A stretch of DNA of 64,000 nucleotides from Halobacteriales archaeon QH_7_65_31 (GCA_003021785.1 PXQU01000005.1:10850-74849), one strand, 5' to 3'; positions 37,308 through 47,968 are shown, numbered from the stretch's first letter. The notes: generated from the sequence alone by a model not told the origin. Program-made: numbers and translations.

Positions 37308-38150
37308 ATGGTCCGGCTTCCGGCGTCGGTGGCGGCGCGCTACGAGCGGTTCTCGCTGTACAACTCACCGTATCCCGCTCACGACCGCGGCTGTGCCGTC
37401 GATCTCTACCCCGGTGAGAACGGGGGACCAGCGCCCTCCCCGGTCGCCGGCACGGTCCGTGACACCCGAACGGTTCGGTGTCCGTCACGGCCGTACGCCG
37501 TCGAGGAGGACCACCTCATCGTCGTCGAGACCGACGACCGCCTCGCCCGCATCCTCCACGTCGATCCGGCTGTCGACGCTGGCGACGAGGTGGCCGTCGG
37601 TGACTCGCTCGGGCGACTCGTGCGCTCGGGCTTCTTCGGTCGCTGGGTCGACGACCACCTCCACCTCGGCTTTCGCTCGCTCGACGCGAACCCGTACCGT
37701 GCATCGGGATCGCTCCCCGTCGAGATCGACTGCGAGGTCGCTCCCCTCGCGTGGGACGGCACGGGGACGATAGTCGAGACCGGGGCGAGCCACATCCGAC
37801 TCGACGCGCCGGTCTCGACCGAGTGCGACGGGTTCGCCGCCCTCGCCAGCGACGAGGGGATTCCTCTCGACGGCGGACTCGCCCACTACGACGGCGTCGG
37901 AACCTTCGGCCACGCTTCCGACCGGCTCTCGCTGCTCGGGACGACCGTCGCTACCCCGACCGAGACGGGGCTCGCGTGGGACGACGTGGCCGTCACGGTC
38001 GACGGGCGACGCGCTACCGGGCTATCGCTGTTCGCCGCACGGGTCCCGTTCGGCGCGAAGGTCGTCTTCCACGAGGGCCACGACTTCTCCGTCGGCGAGT
38101 CGGTCCGGGTAACGCTCGACGAGACGGACGACCCGATCCGACTGGGGTAG
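37308..38150 (+). CDS. Hypothetical protein with N-terminal M23/LytM-like metallopeptidase motifs
   Basis: AH..AVDLY, SPVAGTV, ILHV, V.AGDEV.VGD.LG, HLHLG. Confidence 0.7.
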   Translation: MVRLPASVAARYERFSLYNSPYPAHDRGCAVDLYPGENGGPAPSPVAGTVRDTRTVRCPSRPYAVEEDHLIVVETDDRLARILHVDPAVDAGDEVAVGDSLGRLVRSGFFGRWVDDHLHLGFRSLDANPYRASGSLPVEIDCEVAPLAWDGTGTIVETGASHIRLDAPVSTECDGFAALASDEGIPLDGGLAHYDGVGTFGHASDRLSLLGTTVATPTETGLAWDDVAVTVDGRRATGLSLFAARVPFGAKVVFHEGHDFSVGESVRVTLDETDDPIRLG

Positions 38151-38225
38151 TCCGAACGCCGTACCGACGTGGGCCGCTCGACGGATGGCGGAGTCTCTTT
38201 ACCACGGGGGACTCTACCGCGGCGC

Positions 38226-39848
38226 ATGGATAACGACGCAGTGGACGGGTTCGGCTCGCGCCGCTCGACCGTGTACGGGAGCGAGGGGATGGTCGCGACG
38301 AGTCAACCCCTTGCGGCGACCGCCGGACTGGAGACGATGGAGCACGGCGGTAACGCCTTCGACGCGGCGGTCGCGACGGCCGCCGCGCTCAACGTCGTCG
38401 AGCCGACCTCGACCGGGCTGGGAGGTGACGTGTTCGCGCTCTACCGGACGGCAGACGGGGAGGTGGGCGCGATGCGGTCGTGCGGCGGTGCGCCCGAGAA
38501 CGCGACCCGCGAGAACGTCCGTCGCGCACTGGCCGATGACGACGAGCGGCCGAGCGAGGTCGAGATGCCGATGACCGGCCCACAGACCGTGACCGTGCCG
38601 GGGACGGCCCGCGGCTGGGAGGCGACGACCGACCGGTTCGGCGAGCGGACCCTCGGTGAGAACCTCCAGCACGCGATCCGGTACGCGACGGAGGGGTATC
38701 CGGTGTCGCCGGTCATCGCCGACGCGTGGCGACACGCCGACCGGCTGTTCGACGACGAGAACGCTCGCGACGCCTACCTCGTGGACGGGGAGCGCGCGCC
38801 GGAGGCCGGCGAGCATATCACGCTGGACGCGCTCGGCGCGACGCTCGAAACCATCGCGGAGGAGGGAACAGACGCCGTCTACGAGGGGGAGATCGGCGAG
38901 CAGATCGTCGCCGAGATACGGGAGGCGGGCGGTTTCATGACGATGGATGATCTCGCCGCCTTCGAACCGGAGTTTCCCGACCCCGTCTCGACCCGCTACA
39001 ACGGGACCGAGGTGTACGAGCTCCCGCCGAACAATCAGGGACTCATCGTGTTAGAGGCGCTCAACATCGCCCAAGCAGTCGGGGCGAACGAGGCGACGGG
39101 AACCGAGCGCACCCATCTGTTCGTGGAGTCGCTGAAGCGGGCGTTCCACGACGGCCACCGCTACATCACCGATCCCGAGTACGAGGAGCTACCGCCGCTC
39201 AACGGCCCCGAGTGGGCAACAGAGCGGGCCGCCGGGATCGACGAGACCGCCGGCGACGTGGAGTTCATGCAGCAGACGGGCGAGGACGCCGACACCGTCC
39301 TGCTGTGTGTCGCCGACGCCGAGGGGAACGTGGTCTCGTACATCAACTCCCGGTTCGCCGGGTTCGGGTCCGGGCTGGTCGCCGGCGACACGGGTATCGC
39401 ACTCCAGAACCGCGGTGCGTCGTTCTCGCTCGACGACGACCACCCGAACCGGCTCGAACCGGGGAAGCGACCGTTCCACACCCTGATTCCGGGACTCATC
39501 GACTTCGCGCCCGACGACGAGGGGGACGACTGGGCCGCCTTCGGCGTGATGGGCGGGTTCATGCAGCCACAGGGGCATCTTCAGGTGATCGCGAACCTCG
39601 TCGACGAGGGGTTGACGCCACAGCAGGCGCTCGACCGACCGCGCTGGCGCTACCGCGAGGACGGTCGACTCGCCGTCGAGGCGCGGTATCCGACGGACGA
39701 ACAGCACGGGCTCATGCGTCGGGGACACGATCTCGACGTGTTGCCGCCGATTCAGTTCGGGGGCGCGCAGTTCGCCCGCCGTAATAAAGAGGGTGTGCTC
39801 TCGGGCGCGACGGAGCCGCGGAAAGACGGGAACGCGTCGGGTCGGTAG
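38226..39848 (+). CDS. ggt: Gamma-glutamyltransferase family protein
   Basis: GGNAFDAAVA, GLGGD, TVPG, DT nucleophile site, LQNRG, PGKRPFHT, GVMGG. Confidence 0.93.
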   Translation: MDNDAVDGFGSRRSTVYGSEGMVATSQPLAATAGLETMEHGGNAFDAAVATAAALNVVEPTSTGLGGDVFALYRTADGEVGAMRSCGGAPENATRENVRRALADDDERPSEVEMPMTGPQTVTVPGTARGWEATTDRFGERTLGENLQHAIRYATEGYPVSPVIADAWRHADRLFDDENARDAYLVDGERAPEAGEHITLDALGATLETIAEEGTDAVYEGEIGEQIVAEIREAGGFMTMDDLAAFEPEFPDPVSTRYNGTEVYELPPNNQGLIVLEALNIAQAVGANEATGTERTHLFVESLKRAFHDGHRYITDPEYEELPPLNGPEWATERAAGIDETAGDVEFMQQTGEDADTVLLCVADAEGNVVSYINSRFAGFGSGLVAGDTGIALQNRGASFSLDDDHPNRLEPGKRPFHTLIPGLIDFAPDDEGDDWAAFGVMGGFMQPQGHLQVIANLVDEGLTPQQALDRPRWRYREDGRLAVEARYPTDEQHGLMRRGHDLDVLPPIQFGGAQFARRNKEGVLSGATEPRKDGNASGR

Positions 39849-39923
39849 CGACGATACAGTCCTTATCGATCATGATCTACCGATAGACTCTTGTACCTGC
39901 ACTCAGATGTGTAGATAGTTCGC

Positions 39924-41825
39924 ATGGCTCGCGATGAACTACAACCGCAAGATGGTAGCCCAGACAGATTCCTCAGCCGCCGCCAGTGGCTCGCCGCGCT
40001 CGGCGTGACTGGCACTGCCGCCCTCGCCGGCTGTTCGAACGGCAACGGGACCGGAAACGACGGTACGGAAACACAGACGACCGAACGCGGCAATTACGGC
40101 GGCGATACGCCGACCGATACGCCGCGTGACGAGCTGCCGCCGGTCAGCGGAACCTACCGTCCGGCACGTGGCAGTGAGGTCACGACGCTCAACCCGCTGT
40201 ACAACACCGAGAACACGGCGGGCGGGATCATCGACTACACGATGGACTCGACGTTCACGTTCGCGCCGGGCACGGAGGTGTTCCCGCTGGCGCTCGATCT
40301 CCAGTCCGACGACAACGAGGTGTGGGTCGCGACGGTGCGCGACGGACTGGAGTTCAGCGACCCGTACGGCTCGCTGACGGCAGAGGACTACGTCTATCTC
40401 ATCAGCGAGGTCCACCAGCCCAAAACCTTCTCGACGTCGGATAGTTCGAACTTCGGCTCCGACGTGAACGTCACGCAGAACAGCGAGATGGAGTTCCAGA
40501 TCGAGCTGCCGGAGGTCTCGCCGCTGTATCCGGAGACGTACGACCCGCTCATCAACCCGGCTCCGAAGGACCTGATCCAGCCGTACGTCGAGGACGAGGA
40601 CGACGAGGGGATGCGACAGGACGAGGTACTGAACAACCTCGAGTACACCGGCAACCTCGGCCCGTACACCCTCGACACGTGGGAGCGGTCGAACCGCATC
40701 ATCCTCACCCGAAACGAGGACTACTACCTCAAGGACGTCGAGGGCATCGACCGGATCTTCCAGGGTGCGCCGTACTTCGAGCAGATCGAGTCGAAGGTCA
40801 TCCCCGAGCAGTCGTCTCGACTCGCGGCCTTCGAAAAAGGCGAGATCGACGCGGTCGGCGTTCCACCGGAGCAGGTCCAGAAGTTCCAGAACCTCGAAGA
40901 GACCAAAGTCGTCCAGCAGCCGACGCCGTACAACAGCGTCTGTACGTACAACTTCCGTAACAACGGCTGGTCTGCGGGACCGGGGAACCTCTTCCGCAAG
41001 CAGAAGGTCCGACAGGGGCTCGCCTGCGCGGTCAACAAGGCCGACCTCATCGAGGGCGTGTACCGCGGCTACGGAACCCCCGAGTACACGTGGCAGCCGG
41101 AGTGGTCGCAGTTCTACCCGGAGGACGACAGCGGCATCCCGAAGTACGGAAGCGGTGATCTCTACGGGCCGGAGCCGACCCAGAGCCGAATCAAGGAAGG
41201 CATCTCCGATACGGACTACGGCTACGACGGTGACGGGCGACTGCTGAACCCGAGCGGCCAGCAGTGTGAGCTGACGATCTACTGTAGTGCCAACGGCCAG
41301 ACGAACCAGACGTTCGCGCAGTTCATCGCGCGCGAGTTTGAGGAGAACGCCGGTATCGTCGTCAACGTCGAGCCGATCCAGACGGCGCAGTTCGACACGA
41401 ACTACCTCAAACAGCCCGAGACCGACGACGAGACAGAGTGGTCGGCGGGCGCGTACAACCGCGGCGGCTGGGAGCAGACGAGCGACAACACGTGGGACCT
41501 CTCGGTCAACTACGGGCTCAACACGTATCCGCTCAACCCGGCGACGGCGGAGACCTTCTTCATTAAGGACGGCAGTATCAACTACTACGGCTATCAGCCG
41601 GACTGGGACGCCGCGGGGCTGTTCAGCGACGCGTCGAACGCGGAGACCCTCGACGAGCTGAAATCGGTCACCAAGGAGATCTTCGAGAACGTGGCCACGG
41701 CACAGCCGATGGGGATGTTCCTGTTCGGCGTCGACACGCCCGGCTACGCGGCCGACATTCAGGGGCCGGTCCCGAACTTCTTCAGCGGCTGGGACTTCTC
41801 GGCGTGGTACCGCGGAGAGAACTGA
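39924..41825 (+). CDS. Peptide ABC transporter substrate-binding lipoprotein (SBP family 5, canonical order)
   Basis: Tat SRRQWL, lipobox LAGC, TLNP..GPY..VRQGLACAVNK. Confidence 0.9.
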   Translation: MARDELQPQDGSPDRFLSRRQWLAALGVTGTAALAGCSNGNGTGNDGTETQTTERGNYGGDTPTDTPRDELPPVSGTYRPARGSEVTTLNPLYNTENTAGGIIDYTMDSTFTFAPGTEVFPLALDLQSDDNEVWVATVRDGLEFSDPYGSLTAEDYVYLISEVHQPKTFSTSDSSNFGSDVNVTQNSEMEFQIELPEVSPLYPETYDPLINPAPKDLIQPYVEDEDDEGMRQDEVLNNLEYTGNLGPYTLDTWERSNRIILTRNEDYYLKDVEGIDRIFQGAPYFEQIESKVIPEQSSRLAAFEKGEIDAVGVPPEQVQKFQNLEETKVVQQPTPYNSVCTYNFRNNGWSAGPGNLFRKQKVRQGLACAVNKADLIEGVYRGYGTPEYTWQPEWSQFYPEDDSGIPKYGSGDLYGPEPTQSRIKEGISDTDYGYDGDGRLLNPSGQQCELTIYCSANGQTNQTFAQFIAREFEENAGIVVNVEPIQTAQFDTNYLKQPETDDETEWSAGAYNRGGWEQTSDNTWDLSVNYGLNTYPLNPATAETFFIKDGSINYYGYQPDWDAAGLFSDASNAETLDELKSVTKEIFENVATAQPMGMFLFGVDTPGYAADIQGPVPNFFSGWDFSAWYRGEN

Positions 41826-41860
41826 ACAGCGCAACTAACTATCTCAGTCTGATCAACTAA

Positions 41861-42835
41861 ATGGGACTCGAATGGTACATCGCCCGGCGGGTAGCCTGGG
41901 CATTCGTCGTAACTTTCATCATCATCTCCGTAACGTGGGGACTGCTCGCTGCATCGCCGAACCCGCAGGTGTCGAACGCGGTCAGATCCGCAGCGATGAA
42001 CGGCGACGACCCCGCAGAAGCACGTGAAATACAGAAGAAGCGGCTGGGTCTCGACGAGCCGCTCACCAAGCGGTACGTCGATTACATGGTCAGCGTCTAC
42101 ACGCTCAACTGGGGGTGGTCACAGACGCGGAGCCAGCCGGTGACGGAGGCGGTCATGAATGGGCTGTACTACACCGTCCAGTACTCCATTCCGTGGACGA
42201 TACTCGTCATCCTGATATCGCCGCTCATCGGCATCTACTCGGCAGCGAACCAGTACTCGTGGAAGGACCACGCAGCGACCGGGTTCGCCTTCTTCGGGTA
42301 CGCGATACCGAACTTCTTCTTCGGTATCATCCTGCTGTTGATATTCGGGCTCCAACTGGGGTGGATACCGATCACCTACAACACGGACGTCGGGGTGTTC
42401 AGCCTCGCCAACGCGAGACAGCTCGCGATCCCGATCTTCGTCCTCGTCACCGGCTCGATCGGGGGCACGATGCGCGTCGCCCGAAACGAGTCCGCGGAGT
42501 TCATCAACGCCGACTTCGTGAAGACGGCACTGGCGAAAGGCGTCTCACCGTTCCGTATCTACGCGCGACACATCATGCGCCCGACGATGGTTCCGCTCTC
42601 GACGACCGTCGTCGGACAGCTGCTCGCGCTGTTCACCGGTGCGTCGCTGCTGGTCGAGGTCGTCTTCTCGATCCCCGGCTTGGGGCGGCTCCTGTTCCGG
42701 TCGATACTCGCGCAGGACACGAGCATTGTGTTGGGGACCTCGCTGTTCTTCGTGTTCATCGCGACGATCGGCAATCTGATTCAGGATCTGGTGTACACGG
42801 TGCTCGACCCGCGTATCAGCTTCAGTGATCGATAA
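41861..42835 (+). CDS. Peptide ABC permease (DppB-like)
   Basis: FVKTALAKG, VEVVFSIPGLG, LDPRI. Confidence 0.92.
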   Translation: MGLEWYIARRVAWAFVVTFIIISVTWGLLAASPNPQVSNAVRSAAMNGDDPAEAREIQKKRLGLDEPLTKRYVDYMVSVYTLNWGWSQTRSQPVTEAVMNGLYYTVQYSIPWTILVILISPLIGIYSAANQYSWKDHAATGFAFFGYAIPNFFFGIILLLIFGLQLGWIPITYNTDVGVFSLANARQLAIPIFVLVTGSIGGTMRVARNESAEFINADFVKTALAKGVSPFRIYARHIMRPTMVPLSTTVVGQLLALFTGASLLVEVVFSIPGLGRLLFRSILAQDTSIVLGTSLFFVFIATIGNLIQDLVYTVLDPRISFSDR

Positions 42836-44031
42836 TGGCGACTGATAAATCATCACGGTTCGACAACGTCGATTGGGAGGCAGTCACCGCCGACAGCGGC
42901 CGCGCGCTCTCCACGAACCTCCTCGGGACACTGCTGTGTGTCGTTCCCCTGATCGCGCTGCTCGTGTACGATTTCGTCGCGCTCGGTCAGTACGAAGATA
43001 CGTTCGCGTTCGTCGGCATCGGCTACGACGTGACGCAGCTCGACTGGCTGTTCGCGCTCAGTCTCATCCTGTTCGTGTTCTACGCGCTACTGCCGCTGTA
43101 TCAGAACCCGCGGATCACTCGCTACTACTGGCGTGAGTTCAAGCGGAACCGCCCGGCGGTCGTTAGCTTGGCGTTTTTGACGTTCGTCTTCGTCGTCGGC
43201 CTGCTCGGCCCGATCTTCATCTCACAGCCCGAGATCGATCTGGTCACGCAGTACCAGCCGCCGATCGGTATGAGCGTCCAGAACACGTATCCGGTCCAGT
43301 GTCTCGGTGAGGTGACGAGCGGGGCGAGCGGCCAGCTCTGTCATGGCTCGCTCGCACACCCGCTCGGGACCGACTCCCGGGGGCGTGACATCCTCGTGAT
43401 GCTCATCTACGGGATGCAGGTCACGGTGAAGATCGCGTTCATCACCTCGCTCATCGTCATCACGATCGGGACGGCCGTCGGCACGGTCGCGGCCTACTCC
43501 GGCGGCATGATCGACGAAGTGCTGATGCGCTACGTCGACGTACAGCAGTCGTTCCCGACGTTCATCGCGTACCTGCTCATCCTGTACGCGTACGGCGGGG
43601 GGCTGTTCTTGTTCATCGTCCTGTTCGGGACGTTCGCGTGGGAGGGGACCGCCCGGTACGTCCGGAGTAACGCGTTGACCAAGTCCGAAGACGAGTTCAT
43701 GAAGTCGGCCGAACTGACCGGTGCGAGCACGTACCATATCATCACCCGTCACCTGATCCCCAACACCGCGAGCAGTATCATCACGATCCTCACGCTGCTC
43801 GTTCCCGGATTCATCCTCGCAGAGGCACAGCTCGCGTTCCTCGGGCTGGGTGATCCGACCGCGCCGTCGTGGGGACAGCTCCTCTCGACCGGACGGGACG
43901 CGCTCCCGTACGCGCCGTGGATCACCCTCATGCCGGGATTCTTAATCTTCCTGACGATCCTCGCGTTCAACTTCCTCGGGGACGCGGTCCTCGATGCACT
44001 GAATCCGGAGGCGCAGGCCGAATCCGAGTAA
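42835..44031 (+). CDS. Peptide ABC permease (DppC-like)
   Basis: HPLGTDSRGRD, HLIPN, PSWG, NFLGDA. Confidence 0.92.
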   Translation: MATDKSSRFDNVDWEAVTADSGRALSTNLLGTLLCVVPLIALLVYDFVALGQYEDTFAFVGIGYDVTQLDWLFALSLILFVFYALLPLYQNPRITRYYWREFKRNRPAVVSLAFLTFVFVVGLLGPIFISQPEIDLVTQYQPPIGMSVQNTYPVQCLGEVTSGASGQLCHGSLAHPLGTDSRGRDILVMLIYGMQVTVKIAFITSLIVITIGTAVGTVAAYSGGMIDEVLMRYVDVQQSFPTFIAYLLILYAYGGGLFLFIVLFGTFAWEGTARYVRSNALTKSEDEFMKSAELTGASTYHIITRHLIPNTASSIITILTLLVPGFILAEAQLAFLGLGDPTAPSWGQLLSTGRDALPYAPWITLMPGFLIFLTILAFNFLGDAVLDALNPEAQAESE

Positions 44032-44034
44032 CCA

Positions 44035-45078
44035 ATGACCACAGAACCACTACTCTCAGTCGAGAATCTCCACACGACGTTCACGACGGACGCGGGTACG
44101 CTCACCGCGGTCGATGGAATCAGCTTCGAGATCGAGGAGGGCGAGACGATGTGTCTGGTCGGCGAGTCCGGCTCCGGCAAGACCGTCGCCAGCGAGTCAA
44201 TCACCCGCCTCGTCCAATCGCCGCCCGGTGAGGTCCAAGGAACGGTCGAGTTCCGCGGCCGCGACATCGGAGAGATGGACGACACGGAGCTGCGGGAGAT
44301 CCGCGGCGGTGACGTCGCCCACATCTTCCAGAACCCGCAGGACGCGCTCAACCACTGCTACACCGTCGGCTGGCAGATCGTCGAGGCCGTCCAGTCCCAC
44401 GAGCCGAACACGGGCAGAGAGGCCGCCCGCGAGCGCGCGGTCGAACTCCTCACCGAGGTCGGGATCGCGAACGCCGCGGCCCGGCTCGACGATTACCCAC
44501 ACGAGTTCTCCGGCGGGCAGAAACAGCGCGTGATGATCGCGATGGCGCTCGTCACGAACCCGGAGCTGCTCATCGCCGACGAGCCGACGACGGCGCTGGA
44601 CGTGACGGTTCAGGCACAGATCCTCAAGCTGCTCGACCGACTGCAGGACGAGTACGGGATGGGGATCCTGTTCGTCACCCACGATCTGGGGGTCGTCGCC
44701 CAGATCGCAGACAGCGTCGTCGTCATGTACGCGGGAAAGGTGATGGAACGCGGCTCGGTCCTCGATATCTTCGAACAGCCGTCCCATCCGTACACCCGAG
44801 CGCTCATCGAATGTCTCCCCGGCGGTGAACGGTCGATCGACGGGATCCCCGGTACGCTTCCGGACCCGGTCGATCCACCCGAAGGCTGTCGGTTCGCGCC
44901 ACGGTGTGAGCACGCCGTTCCGGAGTGTCGCACCGACGACCACCCCGAGGAGTCTCCGGTGTCGGGGGACCATCTGGCCGCGTGTATCTACTACAAGCCC
45001 GGCTACGACGCGACGGTGATCCACGGCCCGGAGACGGACGCGCAGGCGAACGCCACCGGAGGTGTGACGAATGACTGA
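44035..45078 (+). CDS. Peptide ABC ATPase (DppD-like)
   Basis: [28 protein letters not shown]. Confidence 0.94.
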   Translation: MTTEPLLSVENLHTTFTTDAGTLTAVDGISFEIEEGETMCLVGESGSGKTVASESITRLVQSPPGEVQGTVEFRGRDIGEMDDTELREIRGGDVAHIFQNPQDALNHCYTVGWQIVEAVQSHEPNTGREAARERAVELLTEVGIANAAARLDDYPHEFSGGQKQRVMIAMALVTNPELLIADEPTTALDVTVQAQILKLLDRLQDEYGMGILFVTHDLGVVAQIADSVVVMYAGKVMERGSVLDIFEQPSHPYTRALIECLPGGERSIDGIPGTLPDPVDPPEGCRFAPRCEHAVPECRTDDHPEESPVSGDHLAACIYYKPGYDATVIHGPETDAQANATGGVTND

Positions 45079-46423
45079 GCGCGTCGGCGACGAGCCGCTG
45101 TTATCCGTCCGGGATCTGGAGAAACACTACCCGATCACGCAGGGGTATCTCTCCCGCGAGGTCGGGGCGGCTCGTGCGGTCGACGGGATCAGCTTCGATC
45201 TCAGGCCGGGCGAGACGCTCGGACTCGTCGGTGAGTCCGGCTGCGGGAAATCGACCGCCGCTACCTCGATCATCAATCTGGAGACCCCGACCGGCGGTGA
45301 GGTGCTGTTCAACGGCGGCGGCCGCTGGAACCGCCAGCGCAACGAGGACGGCAGCCACCCGAACGACGTGACGGCCTTCGCCGACGACGAGCTGTTCGCG
45401 TTCCGCCGTGACGCGCAGATGATCTTTCAGGACCCGTCGTCGAGCTTCGATCCGCGGATGTCGATCGGCTCGTCGGTCGCCGAGCCGCTGCAGGTCCACG
45501 GGATGACGGATCAGGGCAGACGGCGTGCGATCGTCGAGGATCTCCTCGAACAGGTCGGGCTGGCGGCGAAAGATTACGACCGGTATCCACACGAGTTCTC
45601 CGGCGGGCAGAAACAGCGTATCGCTCTGGCACGGGCGCTCGTCCTGAACCCGGAGCTTATCGTCGCCGACGAGCCGGTCTCCGCGCTCGACGTTTCGATT
45701 CGAGCGGAGATCCTCTCGCTCATCAGCGATCTCCAAGACGAGTACGGCCTGTCGATGCTGTTCATCAGCCACGATATGTCCGTCATCCGCGAGGTGTGTG
45801 ACCGCGTCGCGGTCATGTATCTCGGCGAGATCGTCGAGATCGGGGACGCAGAGGAGGTGTTCACGGATCCACAGCATCCGTACACGGAGGCACTGCTCTC
45901 GGCGATTCCGACCGCGGATCCGCGGGCCGAGCAGGCGAACATCGAACTCCGGGGGACCGTCCCCACCCCGACGAACCCGCCGAGCGGCTGTCGGTTCCAC
46001 ACCCGCTGTCACCGTGTCATCCAGCCGGACGGTATCGATATCGATCAGGAGAACTGGCGGTCGCTGTTGAACTTCCGCGACGAGGTGCTCGCCGGACAGG
46101 TCGACGTGGAGAGCGCCCGCGAGATCGCCTCGACGGCAGCAGGCGAGGGAGACGACGCCGACATCAAAAGCGAGCTTCGCACGGAGTTCGATCTGCCGGA
46201 GTCGTTCGCCGACGCGAGCGTCGACGAGACGCTCGCGGACGCGCTCGACTCGCTGCTCGACGGCGACGACGAGACCGCCGCCGAACAGCTCTCGACGGCG
46301 TTCACCACTCCCTGTGAACAGTCCGAACCGGTGATGACGGATCACGGCGACGGCCACCAGTCGCAGTGTCTGCTCAACGAGTCCGCCCAGTCGGCTCCAC
46401 AGCCGACGCCCTCCGACGACTGA
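45071..46423 (+). CDS. Peptide ABC ATPase (DppF-like)
   Basis: [28 protein letters not shown]. Confidence 0.94.
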   Translation: MTERVGDEPLLSVRDLEKHYPITQGYLSREVGAARAVDGISFDLRPGETLGLVGESGCGKSTAATSIINLETPTGGEVLFNGGGRWNRQRNEDGSHPNDVTAFADDELFAFRRDAQMIFQDPSSSFDPRMSIGSSVAEPLQVHGMTDQGRRRAIVEDLLEQVGLAAKDYDRYPHEFSGGQKQRIALARALVLNPELIVADEPVSALDVSIRAEILSLISDLQDEYGLSMLFISHDMSVIREVCDRVAVMYLGEIVEIGDAEEVFTDPQHPYTEALLSAIPTADPRAEQANIELRGTVPTPTNPPSGCRFHTRCHRVIQPDGIDIDQENWRSLLNFRDEVLAGQVDVESAREIASTAAGEGDDADIKSELRTEFDLPESFADASVDETLADALDSLLDGDDETAAEQLSTAFTTPCEQSEPVMTDHGDGHQSQCLLNESAQSAPQPTPSDD

Positions 46424-46466
46424 GCCGCGCGACGAAGGCCTATACATCTCCGCGCCAAGTGGTGGT

Positions 46467-47345
46467 ATGGAGTGGAATACGGACTGGGGACTGCGGGCGC
46501 GAATGGGGTTCACGATGTTCCTCCTGTTCGCGCTGTATCTGGTGTTCGCAGTCGTCATCACGACGCAGTTCGCCGAGAGCGCACAGCTCTTCTTGGGGCT
46601 GATGGTGCTGTTCATGGGCGCACAGTTCCTCTTCTCTGATAAGCTGGCGCTCTACTCGATGGGCGCACGCGAGGTGTCCGACGACGAGTACCCGCAGCTA
46701 CACGCGACCATCGGTCGGCTCGCACAGCAGGCCGACCTGCCGAAGCCGAAGGTCGCCGTCGCCGACTCACGCGTTCCGAACGCGTTCGCGACGGGTCGGT
46801 CACAGTCGAACAGCGCGGTCTGTGTCACGACGGGGATCATGAACACGCTCTCCGAGGAGGAGCTCGAAGGCGTCATCGCACACGAGCTCGCCCACGTCAA
46901 GAACCGCGACGTGATGGTGATGACCATCGCGTCGTTCCTCTCGACGATCGCGTTCCTCGTCGTGCGATGGGGGTGGCTGTTCGCGGGCGGCGACCGCGAG
47001 GGCGGACAGGCCCCGGTGTTCGTCGCGATCATTGCGTCGCTCGTCGTCTGGGTGTTCTCGTTCCTGTTGATTCGGGCGCTCTCGCGCTATCGCGAGTTCG
47101 CCGCCGACCGCGGCGGGGCCGCCATCACCGGCAAGCCGTCGGCGCTCGCGTCGGCGCTGTTGAAGATCAGCGGGGGCATGGACAACATCCCCGACGACGA
47201 TCTCCGCGAGCAGTCGGAGATGAACGCGTTCTTCATCATCCCGATCAAGGCGGGCACGATCGGGCGGCTGTTCTCGACACACCCCTCGACCGAGAAGCGC
47301 GTCGATCGGCTGCGCGAGCTGGAACGCGAGATGGAAACCCGATAA
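46467..47345 (+). CDS. htpX: Membrane zinc metalloprotease HtpX (M48)
   Basis: PNAFATG, AHELAH, REFAAD, STHP. Confidence 0.95.
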   Translation: MEWNTDWGLRARMGFTMFLLFALYLVFAVVITTQFAESAQLFLGLMVLFMGAQFLFSDKLALYSMGAREVSDDEYPQLHATIGRLAQQADLPKPKVAVADSRVPNAFATGRSQSNSAVCVTTGIMNTLSEEELEGVIAHELAHVKNRDVMVMTIASFLSTIAFLVVRWGWLFAGGDREGGQAPVFVAIIASLVVWVFSFLLIRALSRYREFAADRGGAAITGKPSALASALLKISGGMDNIPDDDLREQSEMNAFFIIPIKAGTIGRLFSTHPSTEKRVDRLRELEREMETR

Positions 47346-47968
47346 TGGGGCTGTTCGACTCCGTCAGGCAGGCGCTCGGTATCGCCGCCGAGACCGACGC
47401 GACCCGCGCCGGTGACCCGGAGGCGCTGTTCGATCTCTCGACGGCGACCGTCACGATGGAGGCGCAGCTCGATTTCGCCCCCGACAGCGAGGCTGCGCTC
47501 TGCTTTTCGGGCGTCGATTCGACGGCGTTCACCGACGCGCGCGACGAGGTCGCGGCGGTCCTCGACGCCGGCGCGTCGGAGACCGGCACGGTCTTCGAGT
47601 TCCGAACCGACGCCCACGGCTACGACTGGGTGGTGCTCGCCGACGAGCAGTTCGAGGATCTCGTGACCAGCGTCCACTTCGCCGCGGATGCGATGCAGGA
47701 GTCCGGCTTCGGCTCGCGGCTGCTCGCGGCCGCGTTCCCGTTCGAGCGCGACGGAACCGTCGCCTACTGGCTCTACTCCTTCCGTCGCGGGAGCTACTAC
47801 CCGTTCGTTCCGACCGGAAACCGAAGCCACGACTCCGACACCGAGTTCAAACTGGAGTCCGTGCTCGGGGCAGAGCTCACCATCGAGGAGGACAAGTCCT
47901 ACTGGTATCCGCTGTGGCCCGACGGCGACGCCCGCCCGTGGGGTCGCTCGCTCGCCCCGGTCGAGTAA
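47345..47968 (+). CDS. PspA-associated protein PspAB-like
   Basis: MGLFDS.., FEDLVT..H, GFGSRLL, KRG/RRG.YYPFVP, WYPLW; coupled to htpX. Confidence 0.8.
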   Translation: MGLFDSVRQALGIAAETDATRAGDPEALFDLSTATVTMEAQLDFAPDSEAALCFSGVDSTAFTDARDEVAAVLDAGASETGTVFEFRTDAHGYDWVVLADEQFEDLVTSVHFAADAMQESGFGSRLLAAAFPFERDGTVAYWLYSFRRGSYYPFVPTGNRSHDSDTEFKLESVLGAELTIEEDKSYWYPLWPDGDARPWGRSLAPVE

